A stretch of 64,000 nucleotides of DNA. It comes from Myxococcales bacterium. Lineage in GTDB: Bacteria > Myxococcota_A > UBA9042 > JABWCM01 > BTVJ01. The stretch spans positions 96,001 to 160,000 of the forward strand of contig BTVJ01000008.1 of the NCBI GenBank assembly GCA_045863395.1. Direction: 5' to 3'. The notes below the pieces were generated by a model. It saw only the letters and a program-made list of their open reading frames with translations. It did no database searches and was not told where the DNA came from. A program made the position numbers and the translations under genes. Position 1 is the first letter of the stretch; every line of letters begins with the position of its first letter. Of this stretch, positions 55,742-64,000 are shown in pieces.

Positions 55742-58701
55742 GACCGGCCCTCGCGGCCCCGGCGGGTCCACCCGACCACCCCGAGAAGGAGGAGCGCCAC
55801 GAACAGGATGGCCAGCTCCTCGGGCACGACGTCGAACAGCGCGAGCTTGAGGAGCGCCAGGAGCACACCGACGCCACCAGCGATCCAGCCGAGCTTCCCA
55901 GGGCACCCCGTCGCGCGGCGCCACACGGCGAAGCCCAGCAGCCCCAGAGCGAGCAAGCCCAGCACGGCGTTCACGGCCCGCCCGGGCGTCACGGCGAAGG
56001 TCATGGTGATCGCCGGCGCGGCCTCGCTGGGGTCGAGCACCGGCAGGACGAACAGACGCTCCACCGTGTCCTCCACCGACGGCAGCGCGATGGGCACCAC
56101 CTGGCCCCCGCCGTAGGAGCCAGGCCGCACGGCGCTCTCGATGGCGCCCTCGTCGAGCTTCGTGTCCACCCGCAGCAGCGCCAGGTGGGCGGGCCAGCGC
56201 ACCAGCCACTGGAGGTTGGTGATCAGCATGTCGGCCTTCGGCGCCATCAGGTCGGCGGACGAGAGCAGGCCGAGCGGGTCTCGCCGCATCTCGTAGGTGA
56301 CCTCGACAGGGACCGTCCGCCCTTTCGGGAGCGGCACCGCGAGGGCGCCCTTCTCGTCGCTCACGGCCTTGACGGGGCTGCCGTCCGCGGTGACCGTCCA
56401 CACCTTGGCGCCCTCGGGGAGCTCCAGGCGCAGGAACTGGCGGTCGTCGTTCACGACCACGTAGACGAGCCGCGTGACGATGTGCCCGTCCTGCAGCACC
56501 GTGGTCTCGAGCCACCCCTGGTTCACCGCCGCCTTGAGGGTCTCGACGGTCTCGTGGCGCTTGATCTCCAGCTCCAGGTTCCAGGGGGTGTGGGCGTACT
56601 GCCAGCCCATGAGCAGCTCCTGCACGGCGCGCAGGCGGACGGCCTTCGGCAGATCGGTCACGTCCACGCGGCGCAGGTCCCCGGCAGAGACGGGCTGGAC
56701 CTCGATGCCCGTCTCGGCGCTGACGCCGAAGCTGCCCTGCTCGATCTCGGCGTTGAGGACGCGCACGTCCGGCAGCGCAACCTTGCCGAGCTGCTTCGGC
56801 AGCAGCACCTCGAACTCCACGTCGAGCTGGATGGCGCCCTCCAGCGCCTGGGTGAAGCGCACCTCGTGGGCCTTGCGCCCCGGGCCCGCGTCCACGTCCT
56901 TGGCGGCCTCGGCCTTGTTGAGGCTCGGGGCGGTCACGCCGAGCACGGTCACCGCCTCGGGGAACGACAGCATCACCACGTCCTGCCGCCCGCTCTTGAC
57001 CTCGACCTGGACTTGCGCGTTGGCGACGATGGACCCGTCCTTGACGGCGTACAGCGTGAGCACGCGCGCGTCGAAGCGCACGTCGCGGGCCTTGGCGGTG
57101 GCGACGGTGGAGCCGATGGGCCCGGGCGGCCCGATGTGCTTGAAGGCCTGGCTCACCTTGCTTGTTAGGCCCTGGCGGATGTCCGCCGGCAGCGCGTCCT
57201 CGCCCACCTTCGTGTACTGGGTCTGCTCGCCGGGACCGAAGCCCACCTTGTCGCTCTCGAGGAGCGCGACCACGCCCACCTCGCGGAACACGCCGAGGGG
57301 CCGCACGACGGGCACGTCGACGGCAGAGCCCTCGCCCTTGGCGATGACCGCCTCCAGCTCCAGCTCCAGGGCGTAGGCGCCTTCCTGCTCGCGGCCCAGC
57401 ATGATGCGCACCTGGCGCGGCGCGTCGTCGGTCTTGGCGAAGGTGCGCCAGTCCTCGATGGAGTCGCCGGTCACCTTGTAGAGCACGGCGTCCTCGGGGA
57501 TCTGGACGGGCAGCTCCTTCACCTTGCCGCGCAGCACCTCGTAGCGGATGTGCACCTTGGAGCGGACGACGCCCTCCTGGATGGTCACGAGCTGGATCGT
57601 CTCCGCGTTGATGCGCTCGAGCTGCTCGGGGGCCGGGCGCGCCTCCGTCCAGCGCACCGTGATGGACGTCGTCGGCGGCAGGTGGGCGCGGGCCGTCGTG
57701 ACCGCCTCGTCGCCCTCGCCGCGGACGTCGGTGCTCACGGGCACCTCGGGGAGCAGCGTGACCTCGCGCTTGCCGCGCACCGTGGTCGTCACCTGCGTGA
57801 TGGGGACCTCGTCCAGGGTCAGATGCACCGCCGGCTGCCCTTGGGTGCGGTCGACGCCCATGCGCCAGGTGGCCGCGAGGGTGTGGCGCCCCTTCCCCTG
57901 CAGGATGGCCACGTGCCAGCCGTCACGGACGCGGGTCGGGACCGTCGCCGTGCCCTCCTTGACGGACACCAGCGCCATGGTCGCCGGGGCGAGCCGCACC
58001 TCGCCCGCCGCGCCTGCGAGCCAGGCGTCCACCTCGGCGGAGAGATCGACGGCGTCGCCGTTCTCGGCCACGAGCAGGCTGTACGCGATGCGCTGCACGC
58101 CGTCCCCACCGCCTGCGCCGGGCCATCGCACGGCCGCCGCGACGGTGGCGGGGAGGCTCACCTGGACGCCGTCGCCGCTCGGGGTGGTGGCGCCGCCCGG
58201 CCAGACCTCCGGGACGCCCCCTGCGCCCGCGATGGTCAGCGTCATGCCCGGGGCCGGGGGAAGGGGAATGAGCGCGATGAGGCCCCCGCTGGCGCTCGCT
58301 CGGACGGGCACCAGGTAGGTCAACGAGATGCTGGCGCTGTCCGTGCCGTCGGGGAGCAGCGCCACGTGGGCGGCGCCCCGGCGGAGCAGCGCGGCGTCGC
58401 TCCCGGCGACGGACGCATACTCCAGCACCACGTCCGCGGGCAGGAGCGGCACCTCCGCGGCCCCGCGCCCGCCCTTCTGCACGCGAGCGTCGATGCTCAC
58501 GCGCACGAAGGGGTCCCCCTCGGTGGGTGCAGCGACGGAGCCGCTGCCACGGCTCCAGGTGACCGCCGGGCCGTCGCCCGAGGCGAGCTGCTTCATGAGC
58601 CGGTCGTAGCGCTCGAGCGGCAGGCGGACTTCGCCCGGGGGCTCCTGGGCGAGGGCGCCCGACGCGAGGACGAGGGACAGGGCAACGAGCAGGCTGCGCA
58701 C
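55738..58701 (-). CDS. large exported protein with repeated beta-rich domains and C-terminal TM helices
   Basis: GTG start with GGAGG RBS, signal peptide ALA-QE, three C-terminal hydrophobic helices. Confidence 0.82.
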   Translation of the reverse strand: MRSLLVALSLVLASGALAQEPPGEVRLPLERYDRLMKQLASGDGPAVTWSRGSGSVAAPTEGDPFVRVSIDARVQKGGRGAAEVPLLPADVVLEYASVAGSDAALLRRGAAHVALLPDGTDSASISLTYLVPVRASASGGLIALIPLPPAPGMTLTIAGAGGVPEVWPGGATTPSGDGVQVSLPATVAAAVRWPGAGGGDGVQRIAYSLLVAENGDAVDLSAEVDAWLAGAAGEVRLAPATMALVSVKEGTATVPTRVRDGWHVAILQGKGRHTLAATWRMGVDRTQGQPAVHLTLDEVPITQVTTTVRGKREVTLLPEVPVSTDVRGEGDEAVTTARAHLPPTTSITVRWTEARPAPEQLERINAETIQLVTIQEGVVRSKVHIRYEVLRGKVKELPVQIPEDAVLYKVTGDSIEDWRTFAKTDDAPRQVRIMLGREQEGAYALELELEAVIAKGEGSAVDVPVVRPLGVFREVGVVALLESDKVGFGPGEQTQYTKVGEDALPADIRQGLTSKVSQAFKHIGPPGPIGSTVATAKARDVRFDARVLTLYAVKDGSIVANAQVQVEVKSGRQDVVMLSFPEAVTVLGVTAPSLNKAEAAKDVDAGPGRKAHEVRFTQALEGAIQLDVEFEVLLPKQLGKVALPDVRVLNAEIEQGSFGVSAETGIEVQPVSAGDLRRVDVTDLPKAVRLRAVQELLMGWQYAHTPWNLELEIKRHETVETLKAAVNQGWLETTVLQDGHIVTRLVYVVVNDDRQFLRLELPEGAKVWTVTADGSPVKAVSDEKGALAVPLPKGRTVPVEVTYEMRRDPLGLLSSADLMAPKADMLITNLQWLVRWPAHLALLRVDTKLDEGAIESAVRPGSYGGGQVVPIALPSVEDTVERLFVLPVLDPSEAAPAITMTFAVTPGRAVNAVLGLLALGLLGFAVWRRATGCPGKLGWIAGGVGVLLALLKLALFDVVPEELAILFVALLLLGVVGWTRRGREGRS

Positions 58702-58790
58702 GGTGGACCTCCAGAGCGGGGTAGGGGGCAAGACGCCCCGAGAATACCGCTGGTCCACGCGCAATGGGGGGAAAAGTTCTCTGAGCGGGG

Positions 58791-59615
58791 TCAGTCCTCG
58801 TCGGACTCGGCGTCGACGTCGCGCTCTGCACCAGGGACTGGCGGGGCCTCGGCGTAGTGTGCGGCACCGAAGCTGAACATGCCCTGCTTCCACGGGCCGC
58901 CCACGGAGACCGCGCTGACCTGGATGCCGCCTTCGCGGAGCTCCTCCATGGCCTTCCACATGACGTGGGCGTTGGTCCAGCCGCTGCGCCGCTCCGGATC
59001 GTGCCCGGCGAAGGCCCCCCACCAGGACGGCGGGCCGAGCAGCACCACCTGATCGACGGCCGCGAGGGGTGTCACCGTGGGCACCTTGCGCTGGATCTCC
59101 GCCAGGATGCGCTCGCGCACCCGCGGCTTGTTGAGGTGGGCGACGCAGTCGAGGCCCTCGACCAGCGCGAGCAGCGGGTGGGTGTCCTGCACCCGCACCG
59201 CCGCCACGCCCAGGCTCCCGTCCCCAGCCAGCAGCATGTCGGCGCGTGGCGTCACGCGGACGGAGCCCGTCGCGCTCGGGAGGCCCCGGAGCGGGACAGC
59301 GGACGCCAGGACCTTGAACGCCCGCTCCTGCGTGGTCACGTCTCCTCTGGCGGCAAGGACGTGGACCATCTCCCAGCGCGGCAGGTCGTCGGGGCTCTTC
59401 CAGTCGTCGTCGTCCTTGCCGCTCTCCGTCAGGAACGGCAGGTCCAGGTGGTGCTCCGGGCGGATGACGTCCGCCTCGACGGTGGCGACGTAGAGGTCGA
59501 AGAGGTTGTTGGTCTCCAAGAAGGCGCCGACGATCTCGACCTTGTCGTCGCCGCCGCGGCCGAAGCGAACCGTGCTGCTGTACGCCAACATCTGGGGCAG
59601 CGTGGTGAAGCGCAT
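58791..59615 (-). CDS. hypothetical protein
   Basis: GGAGG RBS; protein-like composition; fills the gap. Confidence 0.75.
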   Translation of the reverse strand: MRFTTLPQMLAYSSTVRFGRGGDDKVEIVGAFLETNNLFDLYVATVEADVIRPEHHLDLPFLTESGKDDDDWKSPDDLPRWEMVHVLAARGDVTTQERAFKVLASAVPLRGLPSATGSVRVTPRADMLLAGDGSLGVAAVRVQDTHPLLALVEGLDCVAHLNKPRVRERILAEIQRKVPTVTPLAAVDQVVLLGPPSWWGAFAGHDPERRSGWTNAHVMWKAMEELREGGIQVSAVSVGGPWKQGMFSFGAAHYAEAPPVPGAERDVDAESDED

Positions 59616-59675
59616 GGGTGAGGTCCTCCGTGTGGTCGGCCCATCGTAGCGGGGCGCCACGCGCAGGTCCAGGGG

Positions 59676-61403
59676 TCAGGGCCAGGTGGCGGAGAGGGCG
59701 CCCAGCATAGCGCCACGGGCGCTGGCGGTCACCCGCGCGTCGTGGCTGAGGCCGACGGCGATGCGGGCATCGCCGCGGGTCTCCAGCACCACGACCGCCC
59801 CCTCCCGGGTCATGCCGAAGTCCGGGAACACGGGCGCCCGCTCGACGTGGACGGTCGCTCCCGCCGCCGTGAGCAGGAGGCGACCGCCGGCCCAGGTCAA
59901 ACTCATGACGCCGTCGAGGGGCTCCACGGCCACGTCCGGGTGCAGGTGCAGGCGCGACCGGACGGGGAGGTCGCCCGCGTTGACGGAGTCCAGGATCAGG
60001 AGGTCCGCGCCGAGGAGCAGGCGCCGCCGATGGACCGGACGGCCCGGCAGCAGGGGCCAGGGGACCTCCGCCACGGCCTCCGCTGCAAGCCCGCGCTCCC
60101 CGTGGCCGAGCAGCGCCGCTGCGGCGCGTCGCCCCACCCGGAACGCGGACCACAGCTCGATCTGGTCCCCATCGCCTATCTGGACCGTGCTGTGGGCGGC
60201 CGTGGAGCGCGACCAGGCGCGGGTCGGGTCGTCCGCGTAGCCCCGGATGCCCGCGTTGATCACCACGCGCTGGCGGCCCACGGACAGCTCGAAGCTCAGG
60301 GCGTCTGCGTGGGCGTGCCCTGGCTGGTGGTCGGGGCCGATGGGGCCGCAGTCCATGACCAGGTGGCGGTCAGGCGCGCGGAGCACGACGAGGCCCGTGG
60401 GCACGAGCGCGACGGCCCGGCCCTCGACGTCGCCTGTCAGGGCGCGGGCAAGGGCTGGGTCGAAGGGCTCCCGGCCGTTTGAGTCATTGAAGGCGGGGAG
60501 GCTGCCGTCCGGGTGGCGGATGGTCTCCTGGAAGCGGGCGGCCCGGGCCGCTGCGTCGGCGACGGGGCCAGCCAGGGGGTCACGGGCGGCGGCGAGGACG
60601 GCGCGGAGCTCGCACAGCCCGGCGGTGACCAGCGCGTGGTACATGGGCGAGCGCTCGTAGTGGCCGCCATCGGGGAGGATCTGGGCGTCCACCTCGCGGC
60701 GCAGGAGGGCCCGGATGGTGGGGCGGAGGCGCCGCAGGACGGGGTGGGACGGCAGCAGGGCCGCCGAGACGGCGAGGGCGTGCAGGTCGGCCAGCAGGTG
60801 GTTCGCCCCGAGGTGGACCTCCAGGTGGGCGGCGAGCCAGCAGGCGCCCCGCGCGATCTCGGCGCACAGGAGCCCGCGGGTGGCCGGCGTGGCGAACGCC
60901 AACGCCCGCGCCAGGTTCAGGGTCCGCAGCGCCGTGGGGTAGGGGTCCCAGGGGGGGCCGCTCAGCGTCGCGCAGCCGTCGCGCCACCCGCGCACGAGGC
61001 GCGCGAGCCCGTCCTCGTCGCCGAGCTGCGCCAGGATGGGGAGCTCATCCAGATAGTTCAGGTGGTAGCACCACAGGAGGCCGTGCCCGCAGTAGCGCCA
61101 GTCCACGGGCCAGCCCAGGTCGGCCGTGCGGTGGAGGTGCTCGAAGCGGCCTGCGAGAGCGGCGCGCGCCGCCGCGGCCTGGGGCGTCGCGGGGAGCAAG
61201 GCAGCGGTGGTCTCTGCGAGCGCCGAGAGGACCGCGGGCGACGGGTCCCCGGCGGCGCGCCCCAAGGCGGAGAGCAGGAGCCCCGCGCCGGGCGGCGGCG
61301 GCAGCCGGCGGCGCACCTGGTGGAGCGCCCAGGCGGCGGCCTGCAGCGGCTCCAGGTGTCGCGCCGTGCGCAGGGTGAGGCCGAGCTGTTCGAGCGCGCG
61401 CAT
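59676..61403 (-). CDS. heparinase II/III-like protein
   Basis: LWCYHLNY, HLGANH, DGGHYERSPMYH, GHAHADALSFEL, RSTAAHST. Confidence 0.9.
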   Translation of the reverse strand: MRALEQLGLTLRTARHLEPLQAAAWALHQVRRRLPPPPGAGLLLSALGRAAGDPSPAVLSALAETTAALLPATPQAAAARAALAGRFEHLHRTADLGWPVDWRYCGHGLLWCYHLNYLDELPILAQLGDEDGLARLVRGWRDGCATLSGPPWDPYPTALRTLNLARALAFATPATRGLLCAEIARGACWLAAHLEVHLGANHLLADLHALAVSAALLPSHPVLRRLRPTIRALLRREVDAQILPDGGHYERSPMYHALVTAGLCELRAVLAAARDPLAGPVADAAARAARFQETIRHPDGSLPAFNDSNGREPFDPALARALTGDVEGRAVALVPTGLVVLRAPDRHLVMDCGPIGPDHQPGHAHADALSFELSVGRQRVVINAGIRGYADDPTRAWSRSTAAHSTVQIGDGDQIELWSAFRVGRRAAAALLGHGERGLAAEAVAEVPWPLLPGRPVHRRRLLLGADLLILDSVNAGDLPVRSRLHLHPDVAVEPLDGVMSLTWAGGRLLLTAAGATVHVERAPVFPDFGMTREGAVVVLETRGDARIAVGLSHDARVTASARGAMLGALSATWP

Positions 61404-61492
61404 GGCCCGGAGCGTAGGCGGGAGGACCGGCCGGGGTCAACGCTTGCCGGCGCCGGCAGGGCTGCGGTAAGGTGCGCGCGGAGGGAGCTGCA

Positions 61493-61969
61493 ATGACCAC
61501 ATCGCCGACGGTCGGCACCGAGATCGATGCCTACTGCCCCAAGTGCCGCCTCAACCTGGACGTGGTGATCTCTGCCGTTCACAACGGGGAGATCAAGCAG
61601 GTCCAGTGCCGCACCTGCTTGAACTTCGTCGAGTACAAGCCGCCGGCAGACCCGCAGGTGAAGAAGGACGTCCTGGTCAAGCGCCTGATGAAGCTCCAGG
61701 ACGGCAAGCGCAAAGGGCCTGCGGCGAAGATCCCGCCGGCGCCGCTCCCTGTTGCGCGCGCCCGCTGGGAGGACCTGACCGACCAGGTCGACTCCCGCTC
61801 GGCGCGCCCCTACGACCGGCTGCGGCGGTACGAGCCCGGCCAGCTCGTCCTGCACAAGAAGCACGGCATCGGCCATGTGGAGAGCGCGGACGAGGAGGCC
61901 ATGCAGATGGTGGTCCTCTTCCGCGAGGGCCTGGTCACGCTGCCCTTCAACGAACCACTCGACGACTGA
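61493..61969 (+). CDS. Zn-ribbon + Tudor/CarD-like domain protein
   Basis: CPKC...CRTC; YEPGQLVLHKKHGIGHV. Confidence 0.78.
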   Translation: MTTSPTVGTEIDAYCPKCRLNLDVVISAVHNGEIKQVQCRTCLNFVEYKPPADPQVKKDVLVKRLMKLQDGKRKGPAAKIPPAPLPVARARWEDLTDQVDSRSARPYDRLRRYEPGQLVLHKKHGIGHVESADEEAMQMVVLFREGLVTLPFNEPLDD

Positions 61970-61984
61970 GCGAGGAGACGAACG

Positions 61985-62578
61985 ATGGCGATGGATGACG
62001 ACTTCGTGAGCCCGGAGACCGCGGAGGCCCAGGTCGTGGCCATCCACGACCGCATCCGGCGCAACGCCGACGAGATCCGGGCGCTCCTGCGGGACGACCT
62101 GCCGGCCTTCGTCGCGCGGGAGATCAAGACGCGCTTCGTCGAGGACGCGGACCTCTCCTCGCGCATGGGCGAGGCGCAGGTCAAGGCGCTCAAGGAGGCG
62201 GCGGCCAGGGCGGGCGCGGCACTGGCGGCGCAGGTGGACGAGGCGCTGTCGCCGCTCGACCCCTGGCTCGCCGGCCTGACCGTGGAGGAGGGCGGCAAGC
62301 ACCTGGAGCAGAACCCGGATCTGTGGGCCCGCATCGCCCGCCCCGCCGCAGAGGCCGTGGAGGAGGTGCTCGACACCAACGGCTTCCCCCGCCCCGCCGC
62401 GGGCCACGGCGTGGCGTACAAGGAGCCGGCGCGGTTCATCGGCGGGCGGTACCTGCCGAGCCTGGCCGAGCGCTACTGGAAGGCCATCGCCGACCTGCGG
62501 CGCATCACCGAGCAGGCGGAGGCCCAGGCCAGGGCGCGCAGCCGCTCGGAGCTGGCGCGGCGCTGGGACGACGCCTAG
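61985..62578 (+). CDS. hypothetical helical protein
   Basis: GAGGAG RBS; follows previous gene at 15 bp. Confidence 0.75.
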   Translation: MAMDDDFVSPETAEAQVVAIHDRIRRNADEIRALLRDDLPAFVAREIKTRFVEDADLSSRMGEAQVKALKEAAARAGAALAAQVDEALSPLDPWLAGLTVEEGGKHLEQNPDLWARIARPAAEAVEEVLDTNGFPRPAAGHGVAYKEPARFIGGRYLPSLAERYWKAIADLRRITEQAEAQARARSRSELARRWDDA

Positions 62579-62725
62579 CCGCAGCGCTGGGAACACCCCC
62601 AGCCGCGAGGCTCGCCACCGGTCACAGACCCCCGCCCGCCGGAGCACTCGGCCCTACACTTCGCGATCCTCTCCCGATAGACTACGCTCCCCGACGCGCT
62701 CCCGCGCGCACCGCACGGAGGAACC

Positions 62726-64000
62726 ATGGCTCGACGCACCGCGCTCCTGTTCTTGTCCGCCCTGGTCGGGTGCTCCGACGCGACCAGTGGAGCCAGCGGC
62801 GGCAAGTGCCCGCACCCGATGATCGAGGTAGCTGACACCTGCGCCTGGCCCGATCCGAACGCGCAGCCGGACGGCAGCAGCGCCAGCTATGACTCGTCCA
62901 TCGGTGACGGCAACCCGTTCGGCTCCAAGGACGGGGGCCTGGCAGACGTAGTGGAGGACGAGAAGGTCTGGCACGACACCACGGTCATCGATCCCAACGA
63001 CATCCCGGACCAGCCGGATGTGCCCTGCACCGAGGGGGAGCGGCGCTGCTTCGACACGGCGACGATTCAGGTCTGCAAGCAGGGCGTGTGGATGGTGGAG
63101 CTGCTCTGTCCCGGCGACCTGGAGTGCAAGAACGCGCTGTGCGTAGAGGTCTCCAGCTGCGAGCCGGGCGTCATCGACGGCTGCTTCGGGCCGACCGCGA
63201 TCCGCCAGTGCGACGAGGTCGGAAAGAGCTGGGTCCAGGTGCCCTGCGCGGCGGGGCAGTTCTGCTACAAGGGCCAGTGCGGCGACCAGATCTGCGGCGA
63301 CAACGAGAAGAGCTGCCTCGACGTCTCGACGGTCGGTCAGTGCGCCGCCGACGGCAAGAGCTTCGAGTTCTTCGACGACTGCGGCGAGGGCGCCGTGTGC
63401 GTGGGCGGCAAGTGCCTGTCCGGCTGCGAGGCGCTGGTCAAGTACAACAAGAGCTACATCGGCTGCGAGTACTGGGCCACGGATCTCGACCAGTACGACG
63501 AGTCGGCCATCGGCGGGCTGATCCCCGGCATGAAGAACCCGCCGGACGCGCCCTGGGGCATCACCATCTCCAACCCGGGCAAGGTCGAGGCGGCGATCAC
63601 GTTCGTGACCACGCTGCCGGCGATCCAAGCCGAGCTGGACAAGATCCTCGACAAGACGGTCCCCGCGGGCAACGCCAAGGCCTTCACCTTGCCGACCATG
63701 AACGTGGACGGCACGGAGATCAGCCAGAAGTCCATCCAGGTGCTGAGCGACCGCCCGGTGTTCATGCACCAGTTCAACCCGATCAACAACGAGGACGTGG
63801 CGTCCAACGACGCGTCGCTGCTCCTGCCCGTGCACGCGCTGGGCGACGAGTACTACATCACGACCCTGCCGAGCAGCCCCACGACTGACTTCGGCTTCAA
63901 GTTCGAGGGCCAGCGCTCCTACTTCACGGTGATGGCGGTCATGAACGGCGTCACGAAGGTGACGGCCAAGGTGACCTGCGACACGCTGGCGGGGGCGAAC
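62726..64000 (+). CDS. Cys-rich lipoprotein with IgGFc-binding-like domain (runs off window end)
   Basis: Manual translation MARRTALLFLSALVGC; GCEYWATDL, HQFNP...SNDASLLLPVHALG; GGAGG RBS. Confidence 0.85.
   Translation, partial: MARRTALLFLSALVGCSDATSGASGGKCPHPMIEVADTCAWPDPNAQPDGSSASYDSSIGDGNPFGSKDGGLADVVEDEKVWHDTTVIDPNDIPDQPDVPCTEGERRCFDTATIQVCKQGVWMVELLCPGDLECKNALCVEVSSCEPGVIDGCFGPTAIRQCDEVGKSWVQVPCAAGQFCYKGQCGDQICGDNEKSCLDVSTVGQCAADGKSFEFFDDCGEGAVCVGGKCLSGCEALVKYNKSYIGCEYWATDLDQYDESAIGGLIPGMKNPPDAPWGITISNPGKVEAAITFVTTLPAIQAELDKILDKTVPAGNAKAFTLPTMNVDGTEISQKSIQVLSDRPVFMHQFNPINNEDVASNDASLLLPVHALGDEYYITTLPSSPTTDFGFKFEGQRSYFTVMAVMNGVTKVTAKVTCDTLAGAN

Overview
High-GC bacterial chromosome segment whose gene content points to Myxococcota or a related deltaproteobacterium: Ser/Thr kinases with PEGA/TPR partners, an FHA-type enhancer-binding protein and many Cys-rich lipoproteins. 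I call about 44 CDS and one tRNA-Ala(GGC), and see no CRISPR array, integrase or transposase. Recognisable genes are a P-loop kinase/dCMP-deaminase fusion, queG, a TM-type RNase Z, pirin, a thioester alpha-2-macroglobulin, a cytochrome c maturation cluster (ccmE-ccmF/H-ccmI-like-ccmABCD), an A-type Fe-S carrier, an AmmeMemoRadiSam radical SAM enzyme and a heparinase II/III-like protein. The most unusual signals are: (1) a full-length P1B-type ATPase coupled to queG in which essentially all catalytic and metal-binding motifs are replaced; (2) two tandem MIDAS-less vWA-like lipoproteins whose dissimilar N-terminal linkers have the same length, behind a membrane protein with three repeated domains; (3) ccm fusion proteins that keep internal signal-peptide-like junctions, alongside a Cys-type CcmE; (4) an enhancer-binding protein with GAFTGA replaced by DYPNPG, preceded by a 42-bp periodic array; (5) recurrent leaderless-type promoters and three sigma54-type promoters. 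All calls come from reading motifs by eye; no searches were run.
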